From the NCBI GenBank assembly GCA_049602735.1, contig JBMYRW010000006.1, positions 5,655 through 69,654 of the forward strand: a stretch of 64,000 nt of DNA, read 5' to 3'. This document shows, piece after piece, positions 36,290-42,997 of the stretch; the stretch's first letter is position 1, and each line of letters starts with the position of its first letter. The notes below the pieces were generated by a model. The model was not told where the DNA came from. It worked only from the letters and a program-made list of their open reading frames with translations, and ran no database searches. The stretch comes from Thermoplasmatota archaeon. GTDB lineage: Archaea > Thermoplasmatota > E2 > JACPAO01 > JAHFTW01. A program made the translations under genes and the position numbers.

Positions 36290-36578
36290 GAATTCATCGA
36301 GCAGGTTGCCACCGTAGACCGGCTTCAGGTAGGCCGTGGCCAACCGATATTCGCGGCCGCGCTTCTCTCCGCGATGCACCAAGTAACCTTGGTCCGGAGG
36401 AGATTAGCAGGCGTTTGTCAGGGGCGGTCCACCGAATTCCATTGATTTTGGCACGTCGGCGCCTGCCACTTGATGCATTCCTCGATGCGACCGCCGGCGG
36501 AGAGGATTGCTTCACGGACCCCCTGGATCACCGGTTTCATCGGGTTGTAGTAGGCAGCGAGCCATGTTTTTTCCAGAG
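36290..36578 (-). pseudogene. Degraded DUF1801-like gene remnant
   Basis: One minus-strand frame reads TWLAAYYNPMKPVIQGVREAILSAGGRIEECIKWQAPTCQ. This parallels DDWFAAKDHPQEPAMQAVRDVILEDERMGECIKWSTPTF of the gene at 28400. It has a TGA five codons upstream and a premature TGA at 36420-36418. Similarity continues only in other frames. Confidence 0.35.
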
Positions 36579-36675
36579 GTCATGCGGGGCCCATTGCGTT
36601 GCGGGAAACGTTCGGATTGAGGGCAGAGAGGCCAGCCCTGCTGCGCGTTGCATTTTCCGTGGCGCGCCCCATTTC

Positions 36676-37809
36676 TTAGGAGTCGTCTGCCTGAGTCAAG
36701 ACTCGTCCCAAGGGGACGTATTGGCTTAATCGGGCTTCCGTCGACTTGCCCGTAGCGAAGCCGGTTTGCATGTCCTCACTGGACCAGAATGCAACGGCGG
36801 CGTCACGAAGGTCGGTGCGGGGCCTACGGCCATTGGCAAGTTGGTGCCCGACTCCCAGCGCAAAGATTTCGAACGCCGTAATCAGGAAAGGACGCCGGAA
36901 ACTCTGTTTGGCATCATCCCACTTTCGCAACGAATCTCCGGCCCCATGTTCTAGAATGTGGTCGAACGTTTCGGTAAAAATTTGACGCAATCTGGCATCC
37001 CCCTTGGGGTTCTTATAAGCAAGCTCCGCCGAAATGTGGTCTAGCACCTGAGGGAAGTCTCGTAGGTTGGAGGTTGTGATTTGCTGTTCTGGCATGTTGT
37101 GGAGGGCCAGGAAACGTAGCACAAGCTCCAGGTCAAAGCGTTCCTGAAGTTGTTTCTCTGAAAGGTCAGTGCATTCGACGAATGACGGATGCGCAGCGAG
37201 CTGTTCAAGCCACTTGTGAAAGTCTGGCGACACGGCCACGATCATCGCTGAACGCATCTCCTGTGCGGTTGCAACCGACCCGTAGCTATTGAGTCGCTGG
37301 AACAAATCATACTTTGCTTGAGGCGAGGATTCGCGCTTGATAATCTTGAGATCCAACTTAGTTCTCTTGATGTCCAGCCGGTGCGCATCTGAAAGCGAAA
37401 GTTCGGCGTTCTCGTTGCTCCAGTAGCGCCCATCGAGAGCGGGAATTAGCGCAGTGCCTTGCAACTGCAATGGCGGCCGGAGTTTGCCTTGTTCATCGCG
37501 CAGTTCTCCTTGCAGTTCGAGGATTGTTGACACGCGTTGCAGCCCATCGACAAGCTCCCACGTCCCGTCCTGAGATTGTGCCACGAAAATGCTTGGAATG
37601 GGGATGCCTAGTAAGAGACTCTCAATAAGACGGGATTTCTGCGTTTCTGTCCAGCGGTAAAAACGTTGAAACTCCGGCCGAATAATCAACTCGCCATCCC
37701 GGTATAAATTCGTGAGCTCCCCAATGCTCATGGGGTATCCGTCTGAGGCAATTGTCCGACGCGTGTCCGAAAGTTGCTGCTCCAGCGGATCCTGCTGTAA
37801 GTCACTCAT
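36676..37809 (-). CDS. DUF262 (ParB-like / GmrSD N-terminal type) domain protein, no DUF1524/HNH domain
   Basis: IIRPEFQRFYRW and VDGLQRVSTI are the two DUF262 signature motifs (xQRxxxW, DGxQR). 377 aa with a helical C-terminal half. Sampled lines give about 50% G+C. Confidence 0.85.
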   Translation of the reverse strand: MSDLQQDPLEQQLSDTRRTIASDGYPMSIGELTNLYRDGELIIRPEFQRFYRWTETQKSRLIESLLLGIPIPSIFVAQSQDGTWELVDGLQRVSTILELQGELRDEQGKLRPPLQLQGTALIPALDGRYWSNENAELSLSDAHRLDIKRTKLDLKIIKRESSPQAKYDLFQRLNSYGSVATAQEMRSAMIVAVSPDFHKWLEQLAAHPSFVECTDLSEKQLQERFDLELVLRFLALHNMPEQQITTSNLRDFPQVLDHISAELAYKNPKGDARLRQIFTETFDHILEHGAGDSLRKWDDAKQSFRRPFLITAFEIFALGVGHQLANGRRPRTDLRDAAVAFWSSEDMQTGFATGKSTEARLSQYVPLGRVLTQADDS

Positions 37810-38587
37810 CAGTCCATCCCTCCGTTCGCGTTAATTCCTTGGCAAGGGAGTCGAGATCGGGGAAGACCATAGTTTCCGTGAAGCCCGTGAGCCTTAGCTG
37901 ATCAAGCATTTGTTCCTTGTCGCCAGTGAGATCTACCTGCCAAAGGTTCTGGGGGTTATCGCCGGCAAGCTCCTTCAGGTCACGAGTTTCTTCACCCCAG
38001 ACTGTGAACGTACCTCGCTGAGCAACAATGCGCTCCGTATTGTGGGTGCCGTAGATGGCCACCGGGAACTTCAAGCGCTTCTTTTCGCAGAAAGGCGCAT
38101 ATGCATCGACGGAATCTTCATTCGTCGTCAGAACGGTTACACTCTCCCCGTATTCGGAAAATACGGGTGCCGATCTGTTCCACGCAACAGGGTCAATACA
38201 CCAAACGGTTGGGATACACGGTCCCTCATGCTCTCCAGCCTCGTGGCCGTGGCCAGACAAGGCAAAGTGGGCCGACGCAAGGAGGCTTTCACTCCAATCA
38301 AGCAGCCTTGTCGGCGCGCCGTAGTGTTGCATCGCGAACAGCTGTTCCCAGTTGGTTTGAGGATAGCCTGAGGGCCAATATGCTACGCTGCGCTGGCGGA
38401 ATCGCGTAAGAAGGCGTTCTTCCCGAGCAAAGATTGCGGCAACGTCTTTGTCGTCTCGTAGAAGCCCTGGGTGGAGTGAATATTCGCGGCATGATACGCC
38501 CCGATACCACAGTCCTGCGATGCGCGCCGTTGTATCTCCGATGCTGACCGCCTGGTGCACTAGCTCCTCTATGGAGCCAGCAGTCAT
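37802..38587 (-). CDS. FRG domain protein
   Basis: ORF (TTG 38602) trimmed to the ATG at 38587. LWYRGVS is the (F/Y)RG motif and AMQHYGAPTRLLDWSES is the core FRG block. The stop overlaps the DUF262 ATG (ATGAGTGA). Confidence 0.8.
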   Translation of the reverse strand: MTAGSIEELVHQAVSIGDTTARIAGLWYRGVSCREYSLHPGLLRDDKDVAAIFAREERLLTRFRQRSVAYWPSGYPQTNWEQLFAMQHYGAPTRLLDWSESLLASAHFALSGHGHEAGEHEGPCIPTVWCIDPVAWNRSAPVFSEYGESVTVLTTNEDSVDAYAPFCEKKRLKFPVAIYGTHNTERIVAQRGTFTVWGEETRDLKELAGDNPQNLWQVDLTGDKEQMLDQLRLTGFTETMVFPDLDSLAKELTRTEGWTDE

Positions 38588-38668
38588 TTGTTCAACAGGC
38601 AAGGTGTTGGCGACGGGGCTTCGGCATTATGGGCGTTTCCTTGGCCCGGCGGCCTACTTGTGAAACCC

Positions 38669-39817
38669 CTACGTCACAATCTCCCGGAGCAACCCTTCCG
38701 ACGCGGCCATCTTGACCTCCCTCGCGACCCGCCGCCCGGTCGACATCTGGGTGCGCCACAGCGCGTTGCCGTAGGGGTGGCCCATGCCGACGTGGACGTT
38801 GGTGCCGCCGCCGATGCGGGGGGCGACGTCGTAGATGAAGAAGTTCATGTCCTTGTCCACGCAGGTCTGGAGGCAGAAGGGTCCGATGATGCCGGGGTTA
38901 TAGTGTTCCTCCGCGGCCTTGACCCATTGTTCGCCCAGGTCGAACACCTTGCCCAGGAGGGACTCGCGGACGGTGGCGGTGTTGTGGCCGACGACGGTCA
39001 TCTCGGGGATCATCTGGTGGTCCGGGAGGGTCATCTGCTGCGGCGCCGGGATGCGCACGTGGCCGTCGAGGCTGCTCTCGAAGCGCCAGTCGATGCCCAG
39101 CAGCTCCAAGGGTTCCTCGCCGTTGGCCTTGTTGACCGGGCTGTAGAAGAAGTTGAAGTTGAACACGGGGCCGATCACGTACTCCTCGATGCGCGCCGTC
39201 TCCAGGGAGGGCTCGTCGATGACACCCTGCGCGATGAGCTTCTGGGCCTTCTCGTGGAACTCTTCGGTCGACGCGCAGGTGAAGAAGCCGCGCTCCAGGG
39301 GCTTCTGGGAGTGATGCAGCTTGACGATCGAGAGCTGCTCGATGTCGTTGTAGTGGTCGATCTTCTTGGGGAACGGCATGCCGGCCTTCTCCAATAGCCA
39401 GTAGTAGTCCTGCTGCTCCTCGCGTTCCTCCGAGCGCAGGAGGTTGCGGCTTCCGATCATGGGCACCGCGAAGTCGTCCTCGCAGGCATCGATGGAGCAG
39501 TAGGAGGTCCAGGCGCGGTTGGGCACCCAGACGACGTTGCGGTCGCGCAGGCGCTGCTGCTGGTCCGGCGCCATGATGCCGTTGTACTTCGGGTACGTCC
39601 AGCACTCGTCCACGGCGCCGCGGCCGCTGGCGGTCTTCTTGAAGAACCGGTCGTACACCGCCGAGCGTCCCTCCTGGGCGATGGCGATGTTGGGCATGCC
39701 CTCGTCGGTGGCGCCGTCGTAGACGTCCAGGCCGCTGTGGCTGGCGACACAGGCGAGCTCCAGCTTCTTCGGGTCGTACGCTTCGACTGCGTCCTGCATC
39801 GCGCCGCGGTCCATCAT
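38669..39817 (-). CDS. purP: 5-formaminoimidazole-4-carboxamide ribonucleotide (FAICAR) synthetase PurP
   Basis: Archaeal ATP-grasp PurP blocks: ACVASHSGLDVYDGA, NRAWTSY, IEEYVIGPVFNFNFFYSP, GIDWRFESSLDG, IGPFCLQ, FIYDVAPRIGGGTN. Confidence 0.9.
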   Translation of the reverse strand: MMDRGAMQDAVEAYDPKKLELACVASHSGLDVYDGATDEGMPNIAIAQEGRSAVYDRFFKKTASGRGAVDECWTYPKYNGIMAPDQQQRLRDRNVVWVPNRAWTSYCSIDACEDDFAVPMIGSRNLLRSEEREEQQDYYWLLEKAGMPFPKKIDHYNDIEQLSIVKLHHSQKPLERGFFTCASTEEFHEKAQKLIAQGVIDEPSLETARIEEYVIGPVFNFNFFYSPVNKANGEEPLELLGIDWRFESSLDGHVRIPAPQQMTLPDHQMIPEMTVVGHNTATVRESLLGKVFDLGEQWVKAAEEHYNPGIIGPFCLQTCVDKDMNFFIYDVAPRIGGGTNVHVGMGHPYGNALWRTQMSTGRRVAREVKMAASEGLLREIVT

Positions 39818-39862
39818 TGCGGCGGCGAGTTGGGGGCCGCTGATAGGGGTGACGGGGGCACT

Positions 39863-40840
39863 TCAGACGGAGGTGACCGCGATGTTGCTGCCAGAGAGCT
39901 GCACCGTCGCCTGGTGGTCCGCGTCCGCGAAGCCCGCGCTCCGGCCCCGCGCGGAGGTCCGCTGCTGCTCCATCTCGACGCCTTGCAGGTCGAAGCTCAT
40001 GACCCCCCGGCTGCGGGCGGCGATGTCGTAGCCCAGGCTGGCCCGTTCCACGAGCTCCACGGTCAGGTTGGCCCCGCGCGCCGTCGCTGCCACCTTGGAC
40101 GTGCCCGTCCGCGCCGGGTCGAACGCGAGTTCCAGGTCGCCTCCTTCCGTGGTCGCCTGCAGGTCGCTCCAGGAACCGGACAGGTCGGCCGACCCTTCGA
40201 CGCTGGCCACCAGTTCACCGCCAAGCCCGTTGACGATGAGGTGTCCCGTCGTGGCGATGCGGACCTCGGGCGTGCTCTGTGGCACCCGCAGGCTCAGGTC
40301 GGCGCCGGAGCGCTCGTCGCCACTCAACGCCACGGGGCCGCTGCCGGCCGTACTGAAGAGCGCCTGGAAGATGAGGGCCACGCGGTTGCCGGCAGCCACG
40401 TCCTCCGCTTGGAACAGCACGCGGCCCAGCGCCGCTTCCGCCTCGGAGGCCGTGGCACCTTCGCCGAACAGGAGGGCGCTCAGGCGGTAGTCGTCCCGCG
40501 GCTCCCCTACGACGGAGAGGAGCCCTTCGAAGGTCCCCGCCTCGACGTTCACGGCGCGGGGCAAGGCGTGGTCGTTGCTGATGTTGACCCATTGGGTCGC
40601 CCGCCATCGGTCGATGGCCACCTGTTCCACGAGGGGTTGTGTCTCGGTCCGGTTGGCGGGGGGCCGTGGCGGCCGCCCCTCGTCGGCCGGCTCGTCATCG
40701 GGCCCCGGATCGCTGTCCTGGTCATCCGCCGGGCTCTCGGCGGGGACGTCGTCCGCATCGGAGTCGTCTGCGGGGACCTCGCTGTCACCCAGGCAGCCCG
40801 CCAAGGGCACCAGGAGGGCAAGGACCAGCCACAGGCGCAC
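39863..40840 (-). CDS. Lipoprotein with DUF4097-like beta-strand repeat region
   Basis: ORF trimmed to the GTG at 40840 (VRLWLVLALLVPLAGC), so that it does not overlap the divergent gene starting at 40941. Acidic linker. The RWRATQWVNISND block parallels GWRATQTVTIRND of the gene at 41526. Confidence 0.6.
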   Translation of the reverse strand: MRLWLVLALLVPLAGCLGDSEVPADDSDADDVPAESPADDQDSDPGPDDEPADEGRPPRPPANRTETQPLVEQVAIDRWRATQWVNISNDHALPRAVNVEAGTFEGLLSVVGEPRDDYRLSALLFGEGATASEAEAALGRVLFQAEDVAAGNRVALIFQALFSTAGSGPVALSGDERSGADLSLRVPQSTPEVRIATTGHLIVNGLGGELVASVEGSADLSGSWSDLQATTEGGDLELAFDPARTGTSKVAATARGANLTVELVERASLGYDIAARSRGVMSFDLQGVEMEQQRTSARGRSAGFADADHQATVQLSGSNIAVTSV

Positions 40841-40940
40841 AGGGTGGCCAGGTGCGTCCGCGTGGAAAGGCTTGCGCGCGGCGCAGGGGTCTCCTCCCCG
40901 AGCAGAAGCCAGAAGAACCGGCAAGCGTCCAAGGGGGCCC

Positions 40941-41510
40941 ATGCGCAGCTTGTCCCTGGTGCTGCTCTTTGCGGCCACGACGCTGGCCGGATGCACCGCC
41001 ACCGATGACAGCGACCTGCAACCGGACTACGTGGGCACCTGCCCGGCGTGGACGCAAGGACTCGACCGGTTCACCGTCAACGGCCTGTTCCACGTCAACA
41101 GCACGAAGTTCAACGACACGGACGAGATCCGCAGCCTCCCCTTGGAGCGAAACGACCGCGAACTGGACCATTACGTCCTGGAGTTCAGCGGTGTCTTCGT
41201 CCAGGACGGCCGCCTGACCGCCCGTGCGTACCGCGAGGACACAGGCGCTGCGCTCCTGATCCGTGACTTCCGGTACGCCGCCCAACGGGAGATGGTGCCC
41301 CAGCTCACCTTCGAGTCTGGCCTGGCGCAGAACCTGACGTTCTTCGTCCACCTAGGCCCCCCGGACGAGCCGCCGCAGCCCACGGCGATCCGCATCGAGT
41401 GGCTCTTCGAGCGCAACCTGGACAACGACCCTGAGACCGCCAGCGACGCGGCGTACGCGTACACGGCGCGGGGCATGTACCGGGTCTGCGGCGCCGACGC
41501 CCTCTCCTAG
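40941..41510 (+). CDS. Hypothetical lipoprotein
   Basis: ORF 40575 trimmed to MRSLSLVLLFAATTLAGC followed by TATDDSD. Confidence 0.55.
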   Translation: MRSLSLVLLFAATTLAGCTATDDSDLQPDYVGTCPAWTQGLDRFTVNGLFHVNSTKFNDTDEIRSLPLERNDRELDHYVLEFSGVFVQDGRLTARAYREDTGAALLIRDFRYAAQREMVPQLTFESGLAQNLTFFVHLGPPDEPPQPTAIRIEWLFERNLDNDPETASDAAYAYTARGMYRVCGADALS

Positions 41511-41525
41511 GCCCTAGGAGACGGA

Positions 41526-42620
41526 TCAGCTGAAGCGCTTCACCACGTCCTGGACCACGCGCTCGTGGTCCTCGTGGTCGTGCTCTTCGTCGTCGCCCAT
41601 GTCATGCTGGGCCGCCTGGTGGCCAGCCACGACGTTGCCGTTGCTGGTGGCCAGGTCGACCTGGACCTGCACGGGGCGGGCGTCGTAGTCGATGGTGCGC
41701 ACGTGGCGCGTGGACTCCGTCGGCTGACCGACCTCTTCCACGTCCTCGAGGTCAAGGGTGACGGCGCCGTTGCTCGTGGCGGCGCGCAACTCGTAGGCCA
41801 GCTCGTCGCCGCCGGGGACGGAGACGACCACGTCGCCGTTGCTGGAGGCGATCGTGAGGTTGCCGCTGGCAACAGGGGTGTGGTCGACGTGCACGTCGCC
41901 GCTGCTGGTGGCCGCAGCGACGTTTGCCGCCTTCGCCTGGACGATGATGTCGCCGTTGCTGGAGACGGCAGCGATGAGGCCTGCCTCGGTCTCGTGGATG
42001 TGCACGTCGCCGTTGCTGGACTCCAGCAGCACGGAGGGGCCACGGATGCCGCTGGCGGAGAGGTCGCCGTTGCTGGTGGCCGATTGGAGGTTGTGGCCGG
42101 GGGCGCGGGGCAGGTACACCGTGATGTGGGCGTTGCCGGCGCTGTTGAAGCTGAGGAGCGGAAGGTCACCGGGGCGCTCTTCCACGTCGATCACGGTGGC
42201 CAGGCGCAGGCGGTCGCCCTCGACGTTGTCCGTGTGATCGATCCGGATCGTCTCCAGGTTGTCCTCGGCCTCCTGGGGCGTCATGCCCCGGGCGCTCTTC
42301 TCGATGACGACCTGGTAGTCGCCTTCGTCCCAGCCCATGACGTGGATGTCGCCGTTGCTGTTGGCGAACTGGGCGTCACTCCAGATCGCGCCGCCGAAGT
42401 CGTTGCGGATGGTCACGGTCTGCGTGGCGCGCCAGCCGAGGCCATCGAACTGGGTGTCCACGTCGCCGTCGTCGCGGGTGGGTTCACCGTGGTCGGCGGC
42501 CGTGCCGCTGCCGGCGCTGTAGGGCAGTCCGGTGTCCTGTACGGGCGCGTCGCCGCCGCTGTCGAGGCAGCCGGCGGTGGCGGCCAGGACGGCGAGCAAG
42601 GCGATGGTGAGGGCCTTCAT
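41526..42620 (-). CDS. DUF4097 family beta-strand repeat lipoprotein
   Basis: ORF trimmed to MKALTIALLAVLAATAGC. About eight repeats of (S/T)SNG(D/N/A)(I/V/L). His/Asp-rich C-terminus. Confidence 0.7.
   Translation of the reverse strand: MKALTIALLAVLAATAGCLDSGGDAPVQDTGLPYSAGSGTAADHGEPTRDDGDVDTQFDGLGWRATQTVTIRNDFGGAIWSDAQFANSNGDIHVMGWDEGDYQVVIEKSARGMTPQEAEDNLETIRIDHTDNVEGDRLRLATVIDVEERPGDLPLLSFNSAGNAHITVYLPRAPGHNLQSATSNGDLSASGIRGPSVLLESSNGDVHIHETEAGLIAAVSSNGDIIVQAKAANVAAATSSGDVHVDHTPVASGNLTIASSNGDVVVSVPGGDELAYELRAATSNGAVTLDLEDVEEVGQPTESTRHVRTIDYDARPVQVQVDLATSNGNVVAGHQAAQHDMGDDEEHDHEDHERVVQDVVKRFS
41631..42366 (-). repeat. Intragenic coding repeats (SNGD modules)
   Basis: The plus-strand motif gtcgccgttgctgg and close variants recur about eight times inside the DUF4097 gene. 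Confidence 0.75.
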
Positions 42621-42646
42621 ACCGCTTCGAGCCCGCGGCGGCCTAT

Positions 42647-42997
42647 TCAAACGTTGCCGAGGGGGTCTCGAAGCGCGACCAACCGTTGACTGACCAGGAT
42701 GCCCAGAAAGGAGCCGAGGCGTTGCTCGATCTGCTCTTCTTCTGGCCGGTCGGCGCGAAGGCAGTCGGCCACCTGGGCGACGGTGCGCTTGCCGTCCATG
42801 AGCTGCCATGCCGCAGCGCCGAGGTCGTCGAGCTTGACCACCAGGTCGGGACTGATGCGAAGGACACGCAGGACGAGGGTGCCGAAGCGGCCGAACTTGC
42901 GCCGCCGCAGCCGCAGGTGGCCGTCGTCGCCCACCTCCGCTTCCACGAGGGGCTCGGCCACGTGGTCGGCCACGTCGCGCGCTTCACCCCGACTCAC
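42647..42997 (-). CDS. PqqD-family (RRE-type peptide-binding) small protein
   Basis: ORF trimmed to the GTG at 42997, which overlaps the OPT stop (GTGA). VVKLDDLGAAAWQLMDGKRTVAQVADCL is the typical PqqD helix-wing pattern. Confidence 0.65.
   Translation of the reverse strand: MSRGEARDVADHVAEPLVEAEVGDDGHLRLRRRKFGRFGTLVLRVLRISPDLVVKLDDLGAAAWQLMDGKRTVAQVADCLRADRPEEEQIEQRLGSFLGILVSQRLVALRDPLGNV

Noticed and set aside
37910-38371. 153-aa plus-strand ORF inside the island, with other small plus-strand ORFs at 38055-38409
   Set aside because: They are antisense to the FRG gene, which has clear family motifs. The products have no recognisable features.
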